The notes under the pieces are model-generated. The model had not been told where the DNA came from and made no database searches. It worked only from the letters and a program-made list of their open reading frames with translations. Shown here one piece after another: positions 31,326 to 40,388 of a stretch of DNA of 64,000 nucleotides. How positions within the stretch are numbered: the first letter of the stretch is position 1; each line of letters starts with the position of its first letter. A program made the position numbers and the translations under genes. Origin of the DNA: an uncultured Pelagibacteraceae bacterium (lineage in GTDB: Bacteria; Pseudomonadota; Alphaproteobacteria; Pelagibacterales; Pelagibacteraceae); assembly GCA_902601895.1 (NCBI GenBank), contig CACKOU010000005.1:6885-70884 (forward strand), read 5' to 3'.

Positions 31326-32844
31326 AAATTATTACATAACAACACCAATTTACTATCCTTCTGCTAAGCCTCATATGGGACATGCGTATTCAAGTATAAT
31401 TGCTGATTTTTTTGCTCGTTTTAAAAAAATTGACGGTTACAATGTTTATTTTTTAACAGGCACAGATGAGCATGGTTTAAAAATACAAAGATCTGCTGAA
31501 AAGTTAAATAAAGATCCAAAATCATTTTGTGATGAAATAAGTAAAACATTTGAGGATTTAACCAAAACATTAAACCTATCAAATACTGATTTTATAAGAA
31601 CTACAGAAAATAGACACAAAGTATCTGTACAAAATTTATGGAATATACTTGAAAAAAATAAACAAATTTTTTTGTCTAAATATTCTGGTTGGTATTCTGT
31701 GTCAGACGAGGCTTTTTATAATGAAGATGAAGTTGAAGAAAAAGATGGTTTAAAAGTTGCTAAATCATCTGGTTCAGCTGTTGAGTGGGTTGAAGAAGAA
31801 TCTTTTTTTTTTAAACTTTCAGAATGGGAAAAACCGTTATTAGAATTTTATGAAAAAAATAAAAATTTTATTTTACCTGAAAGTAGAAGAAATGAGGTAA
31901 TCAGCTTTGTCAAAAGTGGTTTAAAAGATTTATCTGTCAGTAGAAAAACATTTTCTTGGGGTGTAAAAGTACCGAGTGATGAAAATCATGTAGTTTATGT
32001 ATGGTTAGATGCATTAACAAATTATTTAAGTTCTTTAAAATATCCCGATAAAAATAATGAATTATATAAAAATTTTTGGCCAGCAGATTTACATATTATT
32101 GGTAAAGACATATTAAGATTTCATGCTATTTATTGGCCAGCATTCTTGTTAGCTGCAAAAATAGAACCTCCAAAAAGGGTATATGGACATGGATGGATAC
32201 TCTCTGGTGAAGAAAAAATGTCAAAATCAAAAGGAAATATTTTAGATCCATTAGAAATAATAAATGTTTATGGTTTAGATCCATTAAGATATTATTTACT
32301 TAAAGAAGTTTCTTTTGGTAATGATGGAAATATTTCAGAGGAAAAACTAGAAAATTGTATTAATAGTGATTTAGCAAATAATTTTGGAAATTTATGTCAA
32401 AGAGTACTTTCTTTTGCTGAAAAAAATTGTTCATCTTTAATACCTGAACACAAATATAATGATGAAGATTTAGAAATTTTAAAACCATTAAATAATCTAG
32501 ATAAAATAAGATCATTTATAGATAATCAAGACATAAACCAATATATGAGTTTTATCGTTGATAGATTGTTTGCAGCAAACAAATATTTTAACGATCAGGA
32601 ACCTTGGAAGAAGAAAGATGATAGATTAAGGTTAAATACTATTGTTTATACTGCATTAGAATTAATTAGAAAAATTACTATCTTGCTTTATCCAGTAATG
32701 CCAGAAACATCATTAAAAGTGCTAAATGTTTTTGATAAATTGGAAAATTCTATTGATTTTACATCAATAGATAATAATGAAATTTTAAAAAAAGATTTAA
32801 AAATAAATAAATTAGATATTTTGTTTAAAAAAATTGAAAAATGA
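31318..32844 (+). CDS. metG: Methionine--tRNA ligase
   Basis: PHMGH, TGTDEHG, YVWLDAL, KMSKS; GTG start. Confidence 0.97.
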   Translation: MNKNYYITTPIYYPSAKPHMGHAYSSIIADFFARFKKIDGYNVYFLTGTDEHGLKIQRSAEKLNKDPKSFCDEISKTFEDLTKTLNLSNTDFIRTTENRHKVSVQNLWNILEKNKQIFLSKYSGWYSVSDEAFYNEDEVEEKDGLKVAKSSGSAVEWVEEESFFFKLSEWEKPLLEFYEKNKNFILPESRRNEVISFVKSGLKDLSVSRKTFSWGVKVPSDENHVVYVWLDALTNYLSSLKYPDKNNELYKNFWPADLHIIGKDILRFHAIYWPAFLLAAKIEPPKRVYGHGWILSGEEKMSKSKGNILDPLEIINVYGLDPLRYYLLKEVSFGNDGNISEEKLENCINSDLANNFGNLCQRVLSFAEKNCSSLIPEHKYNDEDLEILKPLNNLDKIRSFIDNQDINQYMSFIVDRLFAANKYFNDQEPWKKKDDRLRLNTIVYTALELIRKITILLYPVMPETSLKVLNVFDKLENSIDFTSIDNNEILKKDLKINKLDILFKKIEK

Positions 32845-33602
32845 TAGACTCACATTGTCATCTTGATCACGAACCCCTTTATTCAAATATTAGTGATGTT
32901 ATCAAACGTTCTAAGGAAAATGGATTAAAGAAAATTCTAACTATTTCAACCAATTCAAAAAGTTTTGAAAATATTAAAAAAATAATAAATCTTGATGAAA
33001 TAATTTATGGAAGTATAGGTATTCACCCTCATGAGTCTAGTAATGATAATATGGATAAAAAATTCATTGTTGAAAATGCTAATAAATTTGAAAAAATAAT
33101 TGGAGTGGGAGAGACAGGATTAGATTTTTATTATCAAAATAGTCATAAGGATGATCAAATTAAAAGTTTTGAGACACATATTGAGGCCTCCATTGAACTA
33201 AATTATCCTTTAATAGTTCATTCTAGAAGTGCCGAAACAGAAACTTTTAACATTTTAAATAAATATAAAAATAGTGATATTAAAATACTTATGCATTGTT
33301 TTACAGGTTCAAAAGAGTTTGCAAAAAAAATGATGACATTAAATGCGTATTTTTCTGCTAGTGGAATAATAACTTTCAAAAATAGTACTGATCTACAAGA
33401 AACATTTAAAATGATTGAAAATGATAAAATTTTAATTGAAACAGACAGTCCTTTCTTAGCACCTATACCAATGAGAGGTAAAAAAAACGAACCTTCTTTT
33501 ATTAAATATACATTGGAAAAACTTTCAGAATTAAAATCAATAACTTTTGATGAATTAGAAGATATTACAAATAATAATTTTAAAAGATTATTTTTTCAAT
33601 AA
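32841..33602 (+). CDS. TatD family nuclease
   Basis: DSHCH, GIHPH, GETGLD, HCFTG, ETDSP. Confidence 0.95.
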   Translation: MIDSHCHLDHEPLYSNISDVIKRSKENGLKKILTISTNSKSFENIKKIINLDEIIYGSIGIHPHESSNDNMDKKFIVENANKFEKIIGVGETGLDFYYQNSHKDDQIKSFETHIEASIELNYPLIVHSRSAETETFNILNKYKNSDIKILMHCFTGSKEFAKKMMTLNAYFSASGIITFKNSTDLQETFKMIENDKILIETDSPFLAPIPMRGKKNEPSFIKYTLEKLSELKSITFDELEDITNNNFKRLFFQ

Positions 33603-34378
33603 TGAGTATAAAATTTATAATATTAGGTTGTGGAAGCTCCATGGGTGTGCCAAGACCCGATGGATTTTTTGGAAATTGTGATCCAAAAAATAAGAAAAAT
33701 TATAGAACAAGATGTTCTGCGCTGATTAAAACAACTGATGAAAATATTTTAATTGATACATCTCCTGACTTAAGACAACAGTTATTGCGTCATAAAATTA
33801 AGAAAATTGATAAAGTATTTTACTCACATATGCATGCTGATCAAACTCATGGGATCAATGATTTAAGATCTTTTTTTATTAATAGTAGAAAACAAGTTAA
33901 TGTTTATGCTGATAATGAAACATCTAAACTTCTAAAACAAAGTTTTTCATATTGTTTTAAAAGTTTCTCTAAAGAGTACCCTGCAACTTTAAAATTAAAT
34001 AAATTAAAAAAAAATTCTTTTATTAAACATAAAAATAAAAATCTAAAATTTAAATCAATTGTTGTTCAGCATGGTTCAGTCAAATCTAATTGTTTTATAA
34101 TTGAAAAAAAACTTGCATATATTACTGATGTAAGCGATATTTACAAAAAAGATTTTTTTTATTTTAAAAATCTTAAGTATTTAATAATTGATTGTCTTTG
34201 GTACAATTTTCATCCATCACACTTCAATTTGGAAAAATCTTTATACTTCATCAAAAAATTTAAACCAAATAAGGCTATTCTTTCAAATTTATCACCAGTC
34301 TTAGATTATAACCAGTTAAAGAGAGTTATACCAAAAAATGTCATTCCAGCACATGATGGTTTAACTATAGAACTATAG
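33602..34378 (+). CDS. MBL-fold metallo-hydrolase (PhnP-like)
   Basis: LGCGSSMGVP, IDTSPDLRQQ, HMHADQTHG. Confidence 0.92.
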   Translation: MSIKFIILGCGSSMGVPRPDGFFGNCDPKNKKNYRTRCSALIKTTDENILIDTSPDLRQQLLRHKIKKIDKVFYSHMHADQTHGINDLRSFFINSRKQVNVYADNETSKLLKQSFSYCFKSFSKEYPATLKLNKLKKNSFIKHKNKNLKFKSIVVQHGSVKSNCFIIEKKLAYITDVSDIYKKDFFYFKNLKYLIIDCLWYNFHPSHFNLEKSLYFIKKFKPNKAILSNLSPVLDYNQLKRVIPKNVIPAHDGLTIEL

Positions 34379-34918
34379 AATTTCTTCTATTTTATTTATG
34401 ATCTTATTTGATGTTGGTTTTGTAAAAGAAGCATATGTATCTTCAACATTTCCCTGTTTATTGATTAATATTTTATGAAAATTCCACTTAGGAATTGCAG
34501 ACTTGCCAAAATTATTTTCTGCCCACTTAAAAATCTCATGAGCATCCCTTCCTTTTACCTCTGTAATAGTTGTTAATGGAAAATTTATTTCAAAATTAAC
34601 TTCACAAAATTCTTTTACTTCACTATTTGTTTTTTTTTCTTGATTGAAAGAGTCTGAGGGCACTCCAAGGACAATAAGACCCTTAGATTTGTATTTATCC
34701 CATAATTCTTGCAAATCCTCATATTGTTTTGTGAAACCACAATAGCTGGCAGTGTTAACTATAAGTATAACTTTATCTCGATAATCTTTTAATTTAATGA
34801 TTTCTCCATTAATACTCTCTATTTCTAAATCATAAAAACTTTTCTGATTATTGCTCATTGCTGAATTTTTAAAAAAAAAAATTATTATTGTTAAACTTAT
34901 TATTATTAATTTTTTCAT
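34373..34918 (-). CDS. Glutathione peroxidase family protein with signal peptide
   Basis: VNTASYCGFT, FNQE, KWNFHK. Confidence 0.94.
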   Translation of the reverse strand: MKKLIIISLTIIIFFFKNSAMSNNQKSFYDLEIESINGEIIKLKDYRDKVILIVNTASYCGFTKQYEDLQELWDKYKSKGLIVLGVPSDSFNQEKKTNSEVKEFCEVNFEINFPLTTITEVKGRDAHEIFKWAENNFGKSAIPKWNFHKILINKQGNVEDTYASFTKPTSNKIINKIEEIL

Positions 34919-34925
34919 AAACTAC

Positions 34926-36098
34926 TTACTTATTTGGGGTAAGTAGTATCAAGAAGTACCCAAATAAAGTGGATAATAATGACCCAGTTAAAACTCCTAT
35001 TTTAACTCCATCCATGTATTGCATATTTTCAACAAAAGCTAAATTCCCCACAAATAAGCTCATTGTAAAACCAATACCCGTTAAAACACCAACGCCATAA
35101 AAGTTAAACCAGTTAGAATTATTAGGCATCTGGGCTATTTTCATTTTTATTGAGACATAAGAAAATACAAATACTCCTAATTGTTTACCAACAAACAATC
35201 CTAATAATATTCCTAATGGAACTTTATTAAGTAATGATGCAAAAGATAAACCTTCTAATGAAACACCAGCATTTGCAAAAGCAAATAATGGCATAATACC
35301 AAATGCAACATAAGGACTGATTGCATGTTCAATTTTTATTAGTAGTGAAAAATCTTTATCTTTTTTTCTATGAGGTATAGTCATAGCAAGCAAAACTCCA
35401 GCAATTGTTGCATGAATTCCTGAGTTATGAGTGAAGTCCCAAAGAAATATTCCTACAATTAAATAAGGTAAGAATTTCTTTATATTGAATTTATTAATAA
35501 CTAAAAGAACAATAAATGCTAGCAACATCAGGCTCAAATATTTAATGCTTAAGTCTCCTGAATAAAATAATGCTATTATTACTATTGCTCCTAAGTCATC
35601 TATAATAGCTAAAGCAGTTAAAAAAACTTTTAATGATAATGGAACTCTTTTACCTAGTAAGGACAATACTCCTAAAGAAAATGCAATGTCAGTTGCAGAT
35701 GGAATAGCCCATCCATTCATTGTTTCACTATCTCCAAAATTTATAAAAACATAAAATAATGCAGGCACTAACATTCCTCCAACTGCAGCAATAATTGGAA
35801 GTAGCGCTTGTTTTATATTTGAAAGTTCACCTTGTAAAAATTCTCTTTTAATTTCTAATGTTACAAAGAAGAAAAATATTGCCATCAAAGCGTCATTAAT
35901 CCAATGTAATACGGATAATTTTAAACCAAAATTATTTATTCCTAAAAATAAATATTTATTCAATGTGGAAAAATATAATTCAGATAAATTAGAATTACTT
36001 ACAATTAAAGCTATTATGGCTGCAAAAAGCAAGACCAGACCACTAGCGGCTTCTAATTTGAAAAACCATCTAAATGGTTTTGTAATTATCTGAATCAT
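34926..36098 (-). CDS. nhaA: Na+/H+ antiporter NhaA
   Basis: WINDALM, LEIKRE, ATDIAF, LAIIDD, GIGFTMSLF. Confidence 0.97.
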   Translation of the reverse strand: MIQIITKPFRWFFKLEAASGLVLLFAAIIALIVSNSNLSELYFSTLNKYLFLGINNFGLKLSVLHWINDALMAIFFFFVTLEIKREFLQGELSNIKQALLPIIAAVGGMLVPALFYVFINFGDSETMNGWAIPSATDIAFSLGVLSLLGKRVPLSLKVFLTALAIIDDLGAIVIIALFYSGDLSIKYLSLMLLAFIVLLVINKFNIKKFLPYLIVGIFLWDFTHNSGIHATIAGVLLAMTIPHRKKDKDFSLLIKIEHAISPYVAFGIMPLFAFANAGVSLEGLSFASLLNKVPLGILLGLFVGKQLGVFVFSYVSIKMKIAQMPNNSNWFNFYGVGVLTGIGFTMSLFVGNLAFVENMQYMDGVKIGVLTGSLLSTLFGYFLILLTPNK

Positions 36099-36100
36099 TT

Positions 36101-36595
36101 TTACCTGACTAAATCTTTAATAAATAATTTCAAGTCATTTATTACTAGATACAAACTATCTGACATTTTTAATATGCCAGGAAATATAACAGATATCTGA
36201 TTTTTAAATGTGTCTAAAAATAAGATAAATGCAATAATTGAAATAATTATTAAAAATATTTTTTTAATAATATTGTTTTCTCTTGAAACTGAACTTTTAT
36301 GAATGGACACTAATTCTTTTGATGTACTCTCTTTTGTTGAAGATTTTTTTGAAATTTTGTTGATTCTTTTCTTCGTTTGTTTTAAGGGTTCTTCAACTGG
36401 TTCAATATTAATCTCTAATTTATTTTCCTCAGTTTCATTTAGTTTGTTATTTTCAGCCTCTAATTTTATATTTTGTTCTTTTTTAAAAAACCATGTATGA
36501 TCGCAATTGCCGCACTTTAAAAGTCTACCTTCATCTGGAATTAATTTTTCATCAATATTGAACTTCTTAGAACAAGCCGGACATTCAATGATCAT
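36101..36595 (-). CDS. MJ0042-type zinc-ribbon protein with C-terminal TM helix
   Basis: CPAC...F.I...I...GR.LKCGNC.H.W. Confidence 0.88.
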   Translation of the reverse strand: MIIECPACSKKFNIDEKLIPDEGRLLKCGNCDHTWFFKKEQNIKLEAENNKLNETEENKLEINIEPVEEPLKQTKKRINKISKKSSTKESTSKELVSIHKSSVSRENNIIKKIFLIIISIIAFILFLDTFKNQISVIFPGILKMSDSLYLVINDLKLFIKDLVR

Positions 36596-36690
36596 AGATA
36601 CTTATATATAGCAATTTTTATAAAATTTCCTTTTAAATAATGATTAATATACTTTGAAATTTTTTTTATCTACTGTATTAGTACTCAATT

Positions 36691-36767
36691 CGGGGTGTAG
36701 CGCAGCCTGGTAGCGCACTTGGTTTGGGACCAAGGGGCCGTAGGTTCAAATCCTACCACCCCGACCA
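36691..36767 (+). tRNA. tRNA-Pro(TGG)
   Basis: CGGGGTG...CACCCCG-A-CCA; anticodon arm CTTGG-TTTGGGA-CCAAG. Confidence 0.97.
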
Positions 36768-36771
36768 TTTT

Positions 36772-37053
36772 ATGAAAAAAGCTAAAATTTATAAACCATC
36801 TAAAACTGCCATGCAGTCAGGATTAAAAAAATTTGATAAATGGATTATTGAATACATTACTGATGATCCTGGTACAAATCCTTTGATGGGATGGGAGAGC
36901 TCTACAGATACTTATGGTGAATTAAAATTAGAATTTTCCACGAAAGAATTAGCAATTGAATATGCAAAGAGGAATCATATTGATTTTGAATTAATAGAAC
37001 CTAACAAAAGAAAAATTACTTTAAAGTCTTATGCTGATAATTTTACTAAATAA
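36772..37053 (+). CDS. ETC complex I subunit (NDUFS4-like)
   Basis: AKIYKPSKTAMQSG, NPLMGWESS, KSYADNF; true start ATG 36772 after the tRNA. Confidence 0.9.
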   Translation: MKKAKIYKPSKTAMQSGLKKFDKWIIEYITDDPGTNPLMGWESSTDTYGELKLEFSTKELAIEYAKRNHIDFELIEPNKRKITLKSYADNFTK

Positions 37054-38051
37054 TGTTTAAATTCTTTACAGAAAAAAAATGGTACGGTTGGAGCATATTT
37101 GGATCAATCTTCATACTAGTTTCAACCTGGTATCAAGTTCAATTAGATGTAAAAATTAATGAATGGTTTGGTGAATTTTATGATACTCTTCAAAAGGCTC
37201 TAACAGAACCTGGTTCAGTAACAGAAACTGAGTTTATTGGATACCTTTTTACTTTTGCAAAAGTTGCAGGTCTCTGGATTATAATTGCCATTGTAACAGG
37301 TTTCTTTGTATCTCATTGGGTATTTAGATGGAGAACCTCAATGGCTGAATACTATCATTCACAATGGTTAAAAGCTCGTTTAACAGAAGGTGCTTCACAG
37401 AGAGTTCAGGAAGATACATTAAAATTTGCAAGAATAATGGAGGGACTTGGTGTAGGACTTTTAGACAGCATTATGACTTTGGTAGCCTTCTTACCAATTT
37501 TATGGGGATTATCTAAACAAGTAGATGTGCTTCCATGGATTGGTGAAGTTGATCATGCTTTAGTATGGGTTGCGATAATATCTGCACTTGGTGGAACAGT
37601 CTTATTAGCGGCAGTAGGTATAAAATTACCTGGCATTGAATATGATATTCAAAAAGAAGAAGCTGGTTATAGAAAAGAATTAGTTCATGGAGAAGATGAT
37701 CCTATAAGGGCGGCCCCACCAACTATTGGTCAATTGTATGATAGAGTAAGAGGCATTCACTATAAATCATATTTCCACTATTTATATTTTAACGCAGTTA
37801 AATGGAGCTATTTTCAAGGTATGGTAATTGTTCCATACTTAGCATTGGCACCGACAATAGTGTCAGGTGCTATAACATTGGGTTTTGTTCAGCAAATAAC
37901 CCGAGCATTTGGAAGAGTTGAAAATTCGTTGCAATATTTAGTTAGAAGCTGGTCTACAATAGTAGAATTGATTTCAGTTTGGAAAAGATTGAGTGAATTT
38001 GAATCTAGATTGAAATATAATTCAGAAGAAACCACTGTTGAAAATATTTAA
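37053..38051 (+). CDS. SbmA/BacA-like peptide transporter
   Basis: EGASQRVQEDT, FLPILW, QKEEAGYRKELVHGED, RAFGRVENS, WSTIVELISV.KRL. Confidence 0.88.
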   Translation: MFKFFTEKKWYGWSIFGSIFILVSTWYQVQLDVKINEWFGEFYDTLQKALTEPGSVTETEFIGYLFTFAKVAGLWIIIAIVTGFFVSHWVFRWRTSMAEYYHSQWLKARLTEGASQRVQEDTLKFARIMEGLGVGLLDSIMTLVAFLPILWGLSKQVDVLPWIGEVDHALVWVAIISALGGTVLLAAVGIKLPGIEYDIQKEEAGYRKELVHGEDDPIRAAPPTIGQLYDRVRGIHYKSYFHYLYFNAVKWSYFQGMVIVPYLALAPTIVSGAITLGFVQQITRAFGRVENSLQYLVRSWSTIVELISVWKRLSEFESRLKYNSEETTVENI

Positions 38052-38995
38052 TGTCTTTAGATAAAGATTTAATCAATAAACTTGTTAAAGTTACCTCTAG
38101 AGCTGCTGTTAATTGTTATCAATACCTTGGTAAGGAGGATAAAAAATCCGCTGATAAAGCAGCAACAGACTCGATGAGGAATGATTTAAATAATTTAGAA
38201 ATTAATGGAAAAGTAGTAATAGGTGAGGGTGAATTAGATGATGCACCAATGTTGTATATTGGGGAAAAACTTGGAAAGGGCAATGGTCCAAATCTAGATA
38301 TAGCCGTAGATCCGCTTGAAGGAACAAACTTTGTTGCAAAAAATAATCCAGGTGCAATATCTGTTTTAGCCATATCAGAAAAAGGCAATTTATTTAATGC
38401 TCCAGAAACTTACATGAATAAAATAGCAGTAGGTAAAGATGTACCATTTGATGCAACTGATTTAGATTTTCCTCTAAAAAAAAATATTTCCAATATAGCA
38501 GATGCAAAAAATAAAAATATTAATGAACTTTCGGTATGCATCCTAGATAGACCAAGACATAAAAAGATTATCAAAGAATTAAAACATTTAAATGTAAATA
38601 TAAAATTAATTTCAGATGGTGATATTTGTGGTGCTCTCTTAGTTACTGATGATAAATATAATGTAGATTTATTTTTAGGTATTGGCGGAGGTCCTGAAGG
38701 AGTTATTTCTGCCACAGCATTAGATGCTTATGGATGTAAATTTCAAGGTAGATTTATATTTGCAACTAATCAAGATAAAGTCAGAGCAAAAAAAATGGGT
38801 ATAGTAGACCTAAATAAAAAATATGAATTAAATGAAATAGTAAAAGGGGATAGCATTTTTTGTGCGACAGGTATTACCAATACAGAAATGGTTGCAGCTA
38901 TAAAAAAAGAAAATACTAAATTTATTACTGAAACTCTTGTCACACATAAAGAAACTACAATAGAAATTATAAAAAGTGAGGAACCAATAGCTTGA
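38051..38995 (+). CDS. glpX: Fructose-1,6-bisphosphatase class II
   Basis: VIGEGELDDAPML, DIAVDPLEGT, DRPRH, GGGPEG, ATGIT. Confidence 0.96.
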   Translation: MSLDKDLINKLVKVTSRAAVNCYQYLGKEDKKSADKAATDSMRNDLNNLEINGKVVIGEGELDDAPMLYIGEKLGKGNGPNLDIAVDPLEGTNFVAKNNPGAISVLAISEKGNLFNAPETYMNKIAVGKDVPFDATDLDFPLKKNISNIADAKNKNINELSVCILDRPRHKKIIKELKHLNVNIKLISDGDICGALLVTDDKYNVDLFLGIGGGPEGVISATALDAYGCKFQGRFIFATNQDKVRAKKMGIVDLNKKYELNEIVKGDSIFCATGITNTEMVAAIKKENTKFITETLVTHKETTIEIIKSEEPIA

Positions 38996-39020
38996 TTATT
39001 TTTAATAATTGAAATAGAAA
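38992..39020 (+). promoter_or_regulatory. Putative sigma70 promoter of tRNA-Glu
   Basis: TTGATT-N17-TAGAAA, 10 nt upstream of the tRNA. Confidence 0.5.
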
Positions 39021-39030
39021 CTCCATCTCT

Positions 39031-39105
39031 GGTCCCTTCGTCTATCGGTTAGGACACATGGTTTTCATCCATGAAAGAGGGGTTCGATTCCCCTAGGGAC
39101 CGCCA
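39031..39105 (+). tRNA. tRNA-Glu(TTC)
   Basis: GGTCCCT...AGGGACC-G-CCA; anticodon arm CATGG-TTTTCAT-CCATG. Confidence 0.97.
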
Positions 39106-39115
39106 TAATATTAAA

Positions 39116-40072
39116 TTATATTTCCCTAAAATTTGTTTCCCACAATTTTAACCAATTTTCTGATACAGCTGGAATCGATCTTGATAAATGATAAGAAAGG
39201 GAATTGACTGGTGCAAAACAGTAATGTTTTTTAAAAATATTGTGTAAAGGTTTTTCAAATGGAGAATTTTCTTGTTCACCTACAAGCCTAATTTCATTTC
39301 TAAATCTATTAAGTAAATTTTTTGAAAATAAAAAAGTCAATAAAGTTTCACCCACACTTCTCCATTTATAATTTTTTCCAATAATAAGTGATGTTTTATA
39401 ATTTGAATCATAATAAAAAGGATAATCAGATGGACACATAAAAATATCGTTTTTTAATATTGATGATATTTTTGAAAAACTTAATATCATTTCATTAATA
39501 CATTCAGGTTCAAATAAGTAATCATCTTCTATAAAAAAAACTAAATCTTCACTTTTTTCTGCCAAATCACAACATTCTAAATATGAACCTCTGTTACCGC
39601 GAATTTTAGATTTAAAAAAATTAATTTTAAATTTTTCATTAGTTAATAAATTATTAATTTTGTTATCAAAATCCATATTTGATCCATCAGATATAAGATT
39701 CAAATTTATTTTTAAATTATTTTGATTTAAGAAATTCAAAATGGAAGATTTTAAGCTTACAAGACATACTTTAATCAAAATTTCCTTATTAATATTAGGT
39801 ATAATTCTTTTCCATCTATCTGTAGACTGCCATAGGCTGTTGGATGGAGAATATCTAAACATTATATCAAGATTATTTACTTTTCTATCTAAGTTAGTAA
39901 ATCCAGAAGATAAGTTAAAAGATTTATAATTTAAGATATCATGATTTGACGAATTATTTTCTATTGGTGGATTTATGAAATTATAATTAAATTTATCAAT
40001 AGCATAAACATTTAATAGTTTAAGTATTAATCTTTTTATTTTATTTTTTTTTTTTATTTTTCTAGAAAACAT
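39116..40072 (-). CDS. Putative GT-A (family 2-like) glycosyltransferase
   Basis: ISDGS, GNRGSY, VFFIEDDYLF (DxD-like), C-terminal SLSYH. Confidence 0.6.
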   Translation of the reverse strand: MFSRKIKKKNKIKRLILKLLNVYAIDKFNYNFINPPIENNSSNHDILNYKSFNLSSGFTNLDRKVNNLDIMFRYSPSNSLWQSTDRWKRIIPNINKEILIKVCLVSLKSSILNFLNQNNLKINLNLISDGSNMDFDNKINNLLTNEKFKINFFKSKIRGNRGSYLECCDLAEKSEDLVFFIEDDYLFEPECINEMILSFSKISSILKNDIFMCPSDYPFYYDSNYKTSLIIGKNYKWRSVGETLLTFLFSKNLLNRFRNEIRLVGEQENSPFEKPLHNIFKKHYCFAPVNSLSYHLSRSIPAVSENWLKLWETNFREI

Positions 40073-40130
40073 ATTTTAGTCTTATTTATTTACATTATAT
40101 TTTATATAAAAAAAATATATAGAAACTTAT

Positions 40131-40388
40131 ATGAACTATTACGTATATTTAATAATTTCAAAAAGAAATAATTCATACATTTCATACGTAGGTTACACAA
40201 ATAATATTAAAAAAAGAATAAATATGCATAATGAGTCTAAAGGAGCAAAATTTACAAGAGGAAATAAATGGGAATTAATATATAAAGAATCTTACAATAC
40301 AAAATCTAGTGCGATGACAGCTGAATATAAATTGAAGAAAAATTACCATTTAAGGAAAAAAATAAAAAAAAATTTTATTTATAAATGA
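40131..40388 (+). CDS. GIY-YIG nuclease family protein (UPF0213-like)
   Basis: YYVYL...YVGYT...R...HN..KGAKFT...E..LK. Confidence 0.9.
   Translation: MNYYVYLIISKRNNSYISYVGYTNNIKKRINMHNESKGAKFTRGNKWELIYKESYNTKSSAMTAEYKLKKNYHLRKKIKKNFIYK

Noticed and set aside
34373-34918. Possible selenocysteine glutathione peroxidase
   Set aside because: The active site is Cys (ASYCG) in an uninterrupted frame
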